The translations under genes were made by a program, and so were the position numbers. A stretch of 64,000 nt of DNA, taken from assembly GCA_044358925.1 (NCBI GenBank), contig JBIKNC010000001.1, positions 5,797 through 69,796 on the forward strand. Reading direction: 5' to 3'. Each line of letters starts with the position of its first letter. Position 1 is the stretch's first letter. Below, one piece after another: positions 1-9,296 of this stretch. The notes beneath the pieces are model-generated. The model was not told where the DNA came from and did no database searches. It saw only the letters and a program-made list of their open reading frames with translations. The stretch is from Planctomycetota bacterium (lineage in GTDB: Bacteria > Planctomycetota > UBA1135 > GCA-002686595).

Positions 1-251
1 TCGAGAGCGCGGGCGCCGAACGCAACCTGTGGCCGAACGACGCGGTGCGCCAGCACATCCTCGCGAACATCCCGGCGGGTCGTTTCGCGACGACGGACGA
101 GGTCGCGGCGCAGGCGTTGTTCCTGCTCAGTCCCGCGTGTTCCTACGTCAACGGCGAGTGCCTCGTGATGGACGGCGCAGCGTCACTGGGGCGCGGCTTC
201 TGGCCCGAGGGTGTGCGGCTCGAGCGGCCGCCCCCCAGCGAGCGCGGCTGA
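1..251 (+). CDS. SDR family oxidoreductase (2,4-dienoyl-CoA reductase-like), 3' end only
   Basis: Frame is open from the window edge. IPAGRFATTDEVA..ALFLLSPACSYVNGECLVMDG is the typical SDR C-terminus. Confidence 0.8.
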   Translation, partial: ESAGAERNLWPNDAVRQHILANIPAGRFATTDEVAAQALFLLSPACSYVNGECLVMDGAASLGRGFWPEGVRLERPPPSERG

Positions 252-367
252 TCGGTGAGCGACGATCACGTGCTTCGCATGTGAAGTGAAGTGAGAGATG
301 CGCACGGCGCACACGAAGAAATGTCGCGTGACCCGACACCGCGGCACGCGAGCGACATCTCTCTCGT

Positions 368-1900
368 GTGAAAACGGCACGAGTGCATGGCGTCTGCCTC
401 GTAGGCGCGCGGGCGGAGCCCGTCGTCGTCGAGGCGCGGTTCGCAGCCACCGACAAGGAAGGCGCCGGATTGGACGTGATCCTGTCCGGCCTGCCCGATC
501 CGGTGCTGCGCGAGAGCAAGGGGCGGGTTCTGTGCGCGCTCGATGCGGCGCGCCTCGGACTGCCACGCGGGCGGCTCGTGCTCCATCTCTCCCCCGCCGG
601 CATGCGCAAGCGCGGCGAGCATCTCGATCTGGCCCTCGCGCTCGCGGCGGCGACGGCGGCGGGCCATCTCGATCCCAGTTGGGTCGAAGGGCGACTGTTC
701 ATCGGCGAACTCGGCATCGATGGACGTTTGGTCGACGTGCCGGGCGGGTTGGCGGCGGCGGACACGGCGCGTGCGCTGGGCTTGCACACGTTGATCGGGC
801 CGCCGCGTACGGCGCTCGAAGCGTCGCACCTGCCCGGCGTGCGTGCGATCGGCGCGCAGAACCTCGCGGGCGTTCTCGACGCCATGTTGCGGCCCGACGA
901 TCACCCGGCGGAGCGTCCGCAGACCGAACCACTCGCGCCGCGGCGTGCGGCGGAGCTGCTCGCCGCCGTCGGCGGACAGGACGTCGGCAAACACGCGCTC
1001 GAAGTCGCGGCTGCGGGCGGCCACGGCCTGTTGTTCGTCGGACCGCCGGGCACGGGCAAGACGTTGCTCGCGCGCGCGCTGGCGGAACTGATGCCGCCGC
1101 TCTCGCCGAACGAACGCATCGAGTTGACGCGCCTCGTCTCGGCTTTCGGCGAGTGGCCGGGCGGGCTCGTGGCGCTGCGACCGTTCCGAGCGCCGCACCA
1201 CACGATCAGTCAAGTCGGGCTGATCGGCGGCGGCAATCCGCCGGTCGCCGGTGAGATCACACGCGCGCATCTCGGGCTGCTGTTCCTCGACGAACTCGCG
1301 GAGTTCCGACGCGAGACGCTCGAAGCACTGCGCCAGCCCTTGGAGGCCGGCAGTGTGCTCGTGTCGCGCGCGGGCGCGGCGGCCGAGTTGCCGGCGCGCT
1401 TCCAACTGGTCGCAGCGACGAATCCGTGTCCGTGCGGGCAACTGGGTTCGCCGACGCGCGCGTGCCGCGACTCGGTGTCGGCCGTGCGGCGCTATCGCGA
1501 GCGTCTGTCGGGGCCGGTGCTCGATCGCATCGAATTGCGTGTCGAACTCACGCCGCCGAGCGTCGATTCGGTCGCGGGCCGCGACTCGAGCGATCTCGGC
1601 CCGCTCGAACGCGAACGTGTGCGCGTGCGGCGCGTCGACGCCGCGCGCGAGTTCATGTACGCGCGGCAAGGCGACGTGCCGAATGCGACGCTCTCGATCG
1701 ACGATCTGGACCGTGTGGCGCCGCTCACACGCACGTCTCTCGACCTCGTGCGCCGCGCGGCGGCGGCGAACTCGCTCTCCGCGCGCGCCGTGCAATCGCT
1801 GCGCCGTGTCGCGCGCACCGTCGCCGACCTCGAAGGCCGAGCCGACGTGCGCCCCTCCGACGTGGCGACGGCGCTCGCGCTGCGGGGCGCGGATCCGTGA
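368..1900 (+). CDS. comM: YifB/ComM Mg-chelatase-like AAA+ ATPase (competence helicase family)
   Basis: GLPD..LRES N-domain, Walker A GPPGTGKT, RPFRAPHHT, LFLDE, NPCPCG, LSGPVLDRI, LSARA..RVART.ADL. Confidence 0.92.
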   Translation: MKTARVHGVCLVGARAEPVVVEARFAATDKEGAGLDVILSGLPDPVLRESKGRVLCALDAARLGLPRGRLVLHLSPAGMRKRGEHLDLALALAAATAAGHLDPSWVEGRLFIGELGIDGRLVDVPGGLAAADTARALGLHTLIGPPRTALEASHLPGVRAIGAQNLAGVLDAMLRPDDHPAERPQTEPLAPRRAAELLAAVGGQDVGKHALEVAAAGGHGLLFVGPPGTGKTLLARALAELMPPLSPNERIELTRLVSAFGEWPGGLVALRPFRAPHHTISQVGLIGGGNPPVAGEITRAHLGLLFLDELAEFRRETLEALRQPLEAGSVLVSRAGAAAELPARFQLVAATNPCPCGQLGSPTRACRDSVSAVRRYRERLSGPVLDRIELRVELTPPSVDSVAGRDSSDLGPLERERVRVRRVDAAREFMYARQGDVPNATLSIDDLDRVAPLTRTSLDLVRRAAAANSLSARAVQSLRRVARTVADLEGRADVRPSDVATALALRGADP

Positions 1901-2012
1901 GGCCGTCCAGAGAAGTGAAGGTCGTGAAGCCCGGAAGCGAGCCGCAGGAACCTCAGCGATCGCGAGCGCTTTCAACGTGAAGTCGTCACGGCGTCGCCCT
2001 GTTTCATGCCTC

Positions 2013-2179
2013 CTGTGTTCTGCATCCTTTGCTTTGACTTTGCGTCCTTTGCGTCCTTTGCGTCCTTTGCGGTTTCCGCGGCAGCGGGTGCAACAGACCC
2101 GTGCCCGTTGCACCCGCTGCCGCGGAAACCGCAAAGGACGCAAAGGACGCAAAGTCAAAGCAAAGGATGCAGAACACAG
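2013..2179. repeat. Long palindromic REP-like element, copy 1, with 9-nt tandem units (TTTGCGTCC / GGACGCAAA)
   Basis: Arms 2013-2094 and 2107-2179 are reverse complements apart from one extra 9-mer in the left arm. It lies between convergent genes. Confidence 0.9.
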
Positions 2180-2332
2180 AACGCAGAAAACGGCCGACGG
2201 CGACGCCGGAACGATCTGCACGGCCGAACGCTCGAAGCGTTGTGACCGCTCGAAGCCCTCGAACCTTCAGATCTCTTCGCTGCCTTGGACGCCTTCGAGA
2301 ACTTCGTCCCCTTCAGCCTCGCGTCCGCCGCG

Positions 2333-3613
2333 TCACTCGTGCCGCAGCGCTTCCACCGGGTCCATCGCGGCGGCTCGCCACGCGGGGTAGATGCCGAACA
2401 CGACGCCGATGCCGGTCGAGATCGTGAACGCGAGCGTCGGCGCGAGCGGCGTGACGATCGTGCGCATGTCGGCGAAGTGCTCGACCGCGACCGGGATCAC
2501 GAGGCCGAGCAGGACGCCCATCGCACCGCCGACGGCGGAGAGGACGACGCACTCGACGAGGAACTGCAGGACGATGTGGCGGCGCTTCGCACCGAGGGCG
2601 CGGCGGATGCCGATCTCGCGCGTGCGTTCCGTCACGGTCGCGAGCATGACGTTCATGATGCCGATGCCGCCGACGAGGAGGCTGATGCCGGCGATCGAAC
2701 TCAGCACGATGTTGAAGATGCGTTTGGTCTCTTCGGCGCGCGCGAGCAGCTCGAGCGGCACGACGACTTCGTAGTCGCGCTTCGGGTGGTTGAGCGCCAG
2801 GAGGCGGCGCGCCGCGCTCGCGACGAAGGGCACGTTCAGCGGGTCGTCGACGGCGAGGATCAACTCGTGGAGTTGGACCTCCTCCATCTCGCGCGCCGTG
2901 CCGGCCTGGCGCACGTTGATGTCGCCGAAGCGGCGGCGGCCGGTCTCGAGCGGGACGAAGAGCTCGTCGGTCGTCTCCGCGCCCGCTTCCGGCGGATCGT
3001 CGGAGAGGCGCACACGCGGCGCGAGCACACCGACGACGGTGAAGTAGACGGAGCCGATGCGCAGCTCGCGGCCGACGGCGCGTTCGGCCGGGAAGAGGTG
3101 GCTCGCCACCTCGGATCCGAGGACACACACGTTCGCGACCTTCTCCTCGTCCTCGGGGCTGAAGAAGCGACCTTCGAGCAGGAGGCGGCCCGTCACTTCG
3201 AGGTAGTTCGGCTCGGTCGCGAGGATGCGCGGGTTCGAGGAACGGTCGTCGTGGCGCACGACCTGCGTGATCTCGCGCAGCGGCACGATGGTGCGCACGC
3301 CGTCGAACGTGTCCTCGATGCGGCGTTGGTCGGCGCGCGTGAGTCCGTAGACGGTCACGCTGCCGCCCATCGAACCTTGGCTCTGGTTCTGCGGTTGCGG
3401 CAACTTGACGCTGCGCAGGATCACGTTCTGGCTGCCGAGCTGGCGGATCTGCTCGTAGGCCTCGGCCGACGCGCCTTCGCCGATCGCGAGCATCGCGATC
3501 ACGCTCGACGTCCCGAACAGCACACCGAGCGTCGTGAGGAAGCTGCGCAGCCGGTGCAGCATCAAGCTGCGGATGCCGAGTTTGACGGCGCGCGAGAGTG
3601 TCGGGATCAGCAC
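2333..3613 (-). CDS. ABC transporter permease, MacB/FtsX family
   Basis: LRSFLTTLGVLFGTSSVIAMLAIGEG, ISLLVGGIGIMNVML..VTERTREIGIRRALGA, PAWRAAAMDPVEALRHE. Confidence 0.93.
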   Translation of the reverse strand: MLIPTLSRAVKLGIRSLMLHRLRSFLTTLGVLFGTSSVIAMLAIGEGASAEAYEQIRQLGSQNVILRSVKLPQPQNQSQGSMGGSVTVYGLTRADQRRIEDTFDGVRTIVPLREITQVVRHDDRSSNPRILATEPNYLEVTGRLLLEGRFFSPEDEEKVANVCVLGSEVASHLFPAERAVGRELRIGSVYFTVVGVLAPRVRLSDDPPEAGAETTDELFVPLETGRRRFGDINVRQAGTAREMEEVQLHELILAVDDPLNVPFVASAARRLLALNHPKRDYEVVVPLELLARAEETKRIFNIVLSSIAGISLLVGGIGIMNVMLATVTERTREIGIRRALGAKRRHIVLQFLVECVVLSAVGGAMGVLLGLVIPVAVEHFADMRTIVTPLAPTLAFTISTGIGVVFGIYPAWRAAAMDPVEALRHE

Positions 3614-3703
3614 GAGGCGTTCGAGGTGCGGTCGGCGTTTCGTAAGGAGTGCGAGTGAGCGGCGGCGCTCACGAGCGGGCTCGTCGATTCTCTTCTCACT
3701 CGA

Positions 3704-4435
3704 TCAGTCGACGGACTCGATGCGGCCGTCCTTGAGACGCAGCAGGTGCTGAGCACGCTCGCCGACGTCGGGTTCGTGGGTCACGACGATGATCGTCTTG
3801 CCTTCGGCGTTGAGTTCGTCGAACAGCGCGAGGATCTCGAGCGCGGTCTTGCTGTCGAGGTTGCCCGTCGCTTCGTCGGCCAGGATCAGCGCCGGGTCGT
3901 TGATCAGCGCGCGTGCGATCGCGACGCGCTGCTGTTGGCCGCCGGAGAGTTCTTTCGGCCGGTGCGTGAGGCGGTTGCCGAGGCCGACGCGGTCGGCCAG
4001 CATGCGCGCGCGCGCCTCGCCGTCCTTGGGCGGTGCGTCCTGGTACAGCAGCGGCACCATGATGTTCTCGAGGACGTCGAGCTGCTGGATCAGGTTGTAG
4101 GACTGGAACACGAAGCCGAGTTCACGCGAGCGCAGCTCCGAGAGCGCGTCGTCGTCGAGGTCGGACGTGCGGGTCTCGCGCACGAAGTAGTCGCCTTTCG
4201 ACGGACGGTCGATGCAGCCGAGCACGTTGAGCAGTGTCGACTTGCCCGAGCCCGAGCTGCCCATGATGGCCCAGTACTCACCGGCGCGGAATTCGAAGCT
4301 GAAGCCGTCGAGCGCGATCACCTCGCCGTCGCCGCGGCCGTAGACCTTGGAGACGTTCGAGAGCCGAGCGACGGCGGCCGTGCTCTTGCGCGGACCGTGG
4401 ACGCGGCCCGCTTCGTTCGGGGCGAGCGAGTTCAC
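3704..4435 (-). CDS. ABC transporter ATP-binding protein (MacB/LolD type)
   Basis: [48 protein letters not shown]. Confidence 0.93.
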   Translation of the reverse strand: MNSLAPNEAGRVHGPRKSTAAVARLSNVSKVYGRGDGEVIALDGFSFEFRAGEYWAIMGSSGSGKSTLLNVLGCIDRPSKGDYFVRETRTSDLDDDALSELRSRELGFVFQSYNLIQQLDVLENIMVPLLYQDAPPKDGEARARMLADRVGLGNRLTHRPKELSGGQQQRVAIARALINDPALILADEATGNLDSKTALEILALFDELNAEGKTIIVVTHEPDVGERAQHLLRLKDGRIESVD

Positions 4436-6330
4436 TCGGGTCGGCTCTCCGTCGCTGCAGCGGCGTCCGGTGCGGCTGCCTGTGCAGACGCCGGTGCGCC
4501 CACCGGTGCGCCCACCGGTGCGCCACCACCTGCACTCGTACCTTCCGAGTCGGGTGCGCCGCCGCCGCGGGGAGCATCGCCCGCGCCTTCGCGCGGCGCT
4601 CCGGTCGCGCCTTCGCGCGGTGCACCCTCGGGCGCACCGCCCCCGCCCGCTCCATCACCTTCGCCCTCGCCGCGCTTCCTGCCGCCGCGCTCGCCGCGAC
4701 CTTCCCCGCCGCCGAAGCTCGGACGCCCTTCGCCGAGCGTCGGAATGCGCGCGTCACCCGCTGCGCCGCCTTGCACGGGCACGTTCATCCCGCCGTAGCC
4801 GGCCGGCGGAACACCACCGACGGGCGGAACCACCGGCAACTCGCCTTCGGCGTTCGCATCGCGCCCGGCCGGCGGCGGCGCGTCCGACAGGTCGTAACCC
4901 TGCGGCGCGGACATGAGCACGATCTCACCTTCCTCGAGGCCGCCTTTGATCTCGATCCACGCTTCGTTGTAGAGGCCGAGTTCGACGTGGCGCAGCGAGA
5001 TGGTCTCGCCGTCGCGCACGAACACGACGGCCTGCTCACCTTGGAAGAAGCGCGCCTGCACCGGCACGTGCAGGACGTTCTCGAGCTTCGCGACCTCGAC
5101 GCGCACCGCGCACGTCATGCCCGGCCGCATGCCGAGCTCCGGATTGAGGATCTCGATCTCGGTGCGATAGACGCGCAGGTCGGGATTGGCCCACCAACTG
5201 TTCGTGTCGGGCAGGACCGCCTTGAAGCGCACGCGGCCCGTGAACTCGCGTTCGGGCAGCGCTTCGACGGTGATGCGCACGGTCTGGCCGACGTTGACCT
5301 GTTCGAGCACCGACTCGTGCACCGAAGCCTCGACGATCATCCCGTCCGCGGACGGGATCGTGATCAGTTCCTGGCGCTCGCGCACCTGCTGGCCTTCCGC
5401 GATCGGCTCGCCGCCGCTCCAGCGGTTCGAGTTCTGTTTCGCGTAGACGACCATGCCGGCGATCGGCGCGGTGATCTTGCTCTTGCCGAGCTGCATCTCG
5501 ACCTTCGCGAGCTTCTCGAGTTCGAGTTCGAGCTTGCGCGTCTGGCTGTCGAGGTCGGCTTCGTAGTCGACGAGGCGCGCGGCGGCTTGCAACTTGACGC
5601 GCTCGAGTTCGCGCTCGGCCTCGACGATGTCCGCGTTGAGCGTCGACTCCTGACGCGTCTTGTCGAAGCGCTGCAGGATGTCGAGCGAGAGAATCGACTG
5701 ATCGAGTCGGATCTGCGCGCGTTGAGCACCGAGTTGGTCCGCCTCGAGTTCCGTGCGCGTCAGGAAGCCGTCGTCGAACAGCTTCTGCGACCAGGTGAGT
5801 TGATCCTCCGCACGCTTCAGTTCCTCGCGCGCCAGGAGGATGTCGTCGTTCGCCTGCCGCTCCTGCAACTTCCAGTCGCCGTCGACGTATTTGACGAGGT
5901 CGATGCGCGCGAACTCGAGTTGCCGCTCGGCGGCGGCGATGTCGCTGGTGTTCTGACTGACCTGGATCTCGAGGGACTGCTGCGCCTTGACCCTGCCGCT
6001 GTCGGCGTTGCGTACGACGATCTCCTGCTGGAGCCGCTCCTTGACGAGTTCGGTCGTGTCGAGTTCGACGAGCAGCGCGCCCGCCTCGACCGTCACGCCT
6101 TCCTCGATGAGGTAGAGGATCGTCGAGTTGCCCTCGATCTCGGAGCGCAGCGCGACCGACTTCGCGGCTTTGAGGTTGCCGGTCTCGAGCACGGTGATGT
6201 CGAGCGGCCCGCGCCGGACGGCGACGCCCTTGATCGAGCCGGCGGGATCCTCGGTCGCGAACAGCGACGAGCCGAACCACACAGCGGCTGCGACGGCGGA
6301 GACGGTGATAGCGACGTGGAGGGGCTTCAT
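4432..6330 (-). CDS. MacA/HlyD-type periplasmic adaptor with long coiled coil and Gly/Pro-rich tail
   Basis: Start MKPLHVAI at 6330 overlaps the upstream stop (ATGA). Lipoyl half-motifs EG.TVEAG.LLVELD and KITAPIAGMV; LRPGMT-like MRPGMT; GLEEGE. Confidence 0.85.
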   Translation of the reverse strand: MKPLHVAITVSAVAAAVWFGSSLFATEDPAGSIKGVAVRRGPLDITVLETGNLKAAKSVALRSEIEGNSTILYLIEEGVTVEAGALLVELDTTELVKERLQQEIVVRNADSGRVKAQQSLEIQVSQNTSDIAAAERQLEFARIDLVKYVDGDWKLQERQANDDILLAREELKRAEDQLTWSQKLFDDGFLTRTELEADQLGAQRAQIRLDQSILSLDILQRFDKTRQESTLNADIVEAERELERVKLQAAARLVDYEADLDSQTRKLELELEKLAKVEMQLGKSKITAPIAGMVVYAKQNSNRWSGGEPIAEGQQVRERQELITIPSADGMIVEASVHESVLEQVNVGQTVRITVEALPEREFTGRVRFKAVLPDTNSWWANPDLRVYRTEIEILNPELGMRPGMTCAVRVEVAKLENVLHVPVQARFFQGEQAVVFVRDGETISLRHVELGLYNEAWIEIKGGLEEGEIVLMSAPQGYDLSDAPPPAGRDANAEGELPVVPPVGGVPPAGYGGMNVPVQGGAAGDARIPTLGEGRPSFGGGEGRGERGGRKRGEGEGDGAGGGGAPEGAPREGATGAPREGAGDAPRGGGAPDSEGTSAGGGAPVGAPVGAPASAQAAAPDAAAATESRPE

Positions 6331-8189
6331 CGGCGGAATCCAGGGAGTGCGGGCTCCGGCGCGGCAGGCCCGGACGCAGATGGTTCGAGGGGCGTGTCGA
6401 GAGACGGCGGCGCGTCGGGCTCGGCTGCGCCGGAGGGGTTCGCGGGTTCGCTCGCGTCGGACGCGGGCTCCGCGGGCGCGCCGCGCAGCTCGCTCACGAC
6501 GGCCAGGGCCGCCGCGAGCTGCGACGCGTCGGGCCCGATCGTGCCGCCCTCGACCGACAGCACTTCGAGGTCGCGCCACAGACCGAGCTCGGCCAGTCGG
6601 TAGTCGATCAGTGCGCGCGAACGCGCGTTGCGCGCTTCGAGGAGCGAGTCCTGCGCCTCGAGCAGGTCGCGCGTCTGGGCGCGACCGGCGTCGAGGTTGG
6701 CCGACGCACTCGCGACGCGCCGATCGGCCAGCACCACGGAGCGGTCCTGGATGCGGAACGACTCGACGCGACTCGTGAGGTTGCGCAGGGCGTCGCGCAC
6801 CCCGAGTGTGACCGAGTCGGCGAACTCCTCCTGCGAGCGGCGCGCGACATCGAGGCCGATCAGCGCGAGGCGGTAGCTGTTGCGCTCGGGCAACTGATCG
6901 ACCGGCAGGTCGAGATCGAGCCCGACGCTCCAACCGACGTCGTCCTTCGTGTAGTCGAGCGGCTCGTCGTCCGCACTGACGCCGCCGACCGAGGCCACGA
7001 GCCCGAGTCCGGCGCGCAGTTGGTCCTTCGCGATGTCTGCGCGACGGCGCGCGTCGTCGACGCGATCGACAGCGTTCAAGTAGTCGAAGCGCCCGGCGAG
7101 TGCGATCGCGATCGCGTCCTCTTCCGCCAGTGCGACGGCCTCGAACTGACTCCGGGCGATCTCTTCGAGTTCGCCGCTGTCGAGCGCGAGCGGGAACTCG
7201 ATCGGCAGTCCGAGGAACAGCTTGAAGTCGTCGAGTTGTGACGCGAGGTCCTGTTCGGCGTCGATCACGCGGTTCGTCGCGGAGAGTTCGTTCTGGCGCG
7301 CCTGGTCGACTTCGATGCTGCTCATGCGACCGGCCTCGTTCATGGCCTGGTTGCGCGCGCTCACGAGGCGCACGCTCTCGGCGTTCGCGACTTCGTTGGC
7401 GAGGCCGTCGACCGTTTGCAGCAGGCGGAAGTAGCGCGAAGCGACGTCGAACGCGAACGTGCGACGGAAGCGCTCGTACGAACGGACGGAGTAGACGAGG
7501 TCGCGCTCGGCTTGGGTGAGCGGTTCCTTCACGATGGCCGAGCCGAAGCCGCGCATCAGCGGCTGCGCGACGGAGAGCGACCAGTCGCTGGTCAGGTTCA
7601 CGCCGTCGTCGGTGATCAGGTTCTCGAAGAACGACAGTCCGATGTTCCCAACGACCTGTGCGCCGGTGCCGAGCAGGCGCGTGAGGCCGAGATCGGCGCT
7701 CGACGACCAGCTCTGCGACTCCTCGAGCGACCCGGCCAGGTCACCGCTCACGCCGGCGGACGGTTGCCAACCGAAGCGCCAGCGTTCGAGCGTCAGGTCC
7801 AGCGCTGCGCGGTAGAGCGTCTCGCGCTCCCCCGCCGCGTCGCGGCTGTTCTCGAAGGCGATCTCGAGCGCATCGGCCAGCCGCAGCGGCGGCAGCGCGA
7901 TGGGCGCGCCCGTCGCGTGCGCGGCGAGGATCTGATTGCGCAGGCTGTCCGCGGGCGCGTCGATCGTGAACGCGTCGGGGCGTTCGACGAGCGCCGCCCG
8001 TCGCGCCGCGACGAGTGCGTAGACGTCGGCGTCGGCGCGTTCGACGTGTTCTTCGGCGGTCCGACAGCCCGCGAAGAGCGCCAGGATCAGCGCCGCGGCC
8101 GCTCCCACGCTCGTGCGGACGTGGCGGGCGGCCGGGTCGATCGATCCGCGAACGGAACGGTTCTGTGAGGGAGTTTCGGAGCCGTGCAC
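6327..8189 (-). CDS. TolC-family outer membrane efflux lipoprotein (start uncertain: 8108, 8189 or 8285)
   Basis: Lipobox LFAGC, SLSVAQPLMRGFG, DVASRYF.LL, GR..TRDLLEAQD.LL.A..A..Y..A. First gene of the export operon. Confidence 0.82.
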   Translation of the reverse strand: MHGSETPSQNRSVRGSIDPAARHVRTSVGAAAALILALFAGCRTAEEHVERADADVYALVAARRAALVERPDAFTIDAPADSLRNQILAAHATGAPIALPPLRLADALEIAFENSRDAAGERETLYRAALDLTLERWRFGWQPSAGVSGDLAGSLEESQSWSSSADLGLTRLLGTGAQVVGNIGLSFFENLITDDGVNLTSDWSLSVAQPLMRGFGSAIVKEPLTQAERDLVYSVRSYERFRRTFAFDVASRYFRLLQTVDGLANEVANAESVRLVSARNQAMNEAGRMSSIEVDQARQNELSATNRVIDAEQDLASQLDDFKLFLGLPIEFPLALDSGELEEIARSQFEAVALAEEDAIAIALAGRFDYLNAVDRVDDARRRADIAKDQLRAGLGLVASVGGVSADDEPLDYTKDDVGWSVGLDLDLPVDQLPERNSYRLALIGLDVARRSQEEFADSVTLGVRDALRNLTSRVESFRIQDRSVVLADRRVASASANLDAGRAQTRDLLEAQDSLLEARNARSRALIDYRLAELGLWRDLEVLSVEGGTIGPDASQLAAALAVVSELRGAPAEPASDASEPANPSGAAEPDAPPSLDTPLEPSASGPAAPEPALPGFRR

Positions 8190-8384
8190 GTGGGGAGGAT
8201 CGGAGACGTGGGCGCGCGGCGGGTGGGCGCCGAGTTGGCCGAGGATGCTACTTCGCGGCGCCTTGCGGAGCGCACGCCGCACCACGACACGTGGGATCGG
8301 AATGGGTTCGCCAGCGGCAGCGAATGCGCTGCGAACGGCCGTTCGGTTGCGAACGGCACGGTCGGGACCACGACGCGCAGGCTC

Positions 8385-9224
8385 TCAGCGGCCGGGCGAG
8401 CCCTCGACCGGCTGACCGTCGTTGCGATCTCGCAACAGGTCGAACTGCTCGGGGTCGAGCGCGACGGCCAGCGGAACACCGGGCGCCGGTTGGAACGCGA
8501 CGAGCCGACCGTTCGCGAACACACGCAGCGAGCGCGCCGCACCGCCGGTGTCGCGATGGCGCCAGACGTCGAACACGACACCGCCGAAGACCGAGGCACT
8601 GGGCAGCGCGTGGGCGCGGTGCTCCGCGACGAGCGTCTCGACGCGGCCCGCGAGCGGGTCGACGACCTCGAACGGGCCGCTCGCGGCCCGACCCGTGCGC
8701 TCGGCTTCGAGTCGTTCGAGGGGAAAACACACGTCCGCGAAGGCGGACAACTCGCGCCGCAGGGTCGCGCCCTCGCCGTACGTCACGAGGCTCGCACGTC
8801 CCCCGCCGTCGTCGACCACGCGCAACGTCCGGCCCGTGGTGCCGGTCATCTCGCGGTGCACGAACAGTCGGCGCGCGCCGCGTTCCTCGACGTGGTGGAC
8901 GACCGACTCGACGCCCGGCAACGCGACTTCGATGTGCCGCACGAGCGCCCCGTCGTCCTCGCGTCGCTCGACCAGGCGCACGAGCAGACCGGTGGTTCCG
9001 TCGCGGCCTGCGCCGCCGCGCAGCGTCTCGACGCGCAGCACTTCGCCGCTCTCGTGGACGATCGGCGCGTCCGCGAGTGCCGCAGGCCCGGCCGCCTCGT
9101 CCGTCGGCAGGGACCGAACGACGAACACGGCCACGAGCGCGGCGAGCATGGTGCGCGAGCGGTTCCCCACGCAGCGCTCATCGGGCCGCGGCCGCTCGCC
9201 CTTGAGTTGCCCTCGCCGGAGCAT
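8385..9224 (-). CDS. Hypothetical exported or membrane-anchored protein (start uncertain)
   Basis: N-terminal hydrophobic stretch followed by a beta-rich body. Co-oriented with its neighbours. No recognisable motif. Confidence 0.55.
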   Translation of the reverse strand: MLRRGQLKGERPRPDERCVGNRSRTMLAALVAVFVVRSLPTDEAAGPAALADAPIVHESGEVLRVETLRGGAGRDGTTGLLVRLVERREDDGALVRHIEVALPGVESVVHHVEERGARRLFVHREMTGTTGRTLRVVDDGGGRASLVTYGEGATLRRELSAFADVCFPLERLEAERTGRAASGPFEVVDPLAGRVETLVAEHRAHALPSASVFGGVVFDVWRHRDTGGAARSLRVFANGRLVAFQPAPGVPLAVALDPEQFDLLRDRNDGQPVEGSPGR

Positions 9225-9296
9225 CCGCAGAGTCCCGTGGCTGCGCTCGGGAGCGAGCCGCCTGCGCCCGCCGTCAGGCCCGTCACCCGCGCTGCG

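Noticed and set aside
2125-2160. GGAAAC..GGACGCAAAG resembling the c-di-GMP-I riboswitch core
   Set aside because: The words are part of a tandem 9-mer in a perfect palindrome between two gene 3' ends, not a 5'UTR, and the riboswitch P2/P3 architecture is missing.
2013-2179. Possible CRISPR array
   Set aside because: The units are 9-nt tandem and inverted, with no unique spacers and no cas genes.
2006-2245. Small ORFs with ASF or KDA/RKG repeats across the palindromic elements (also near 16532-16700)
   Set aside because: They are translations of the 9-nt repeat with no coding evidence.
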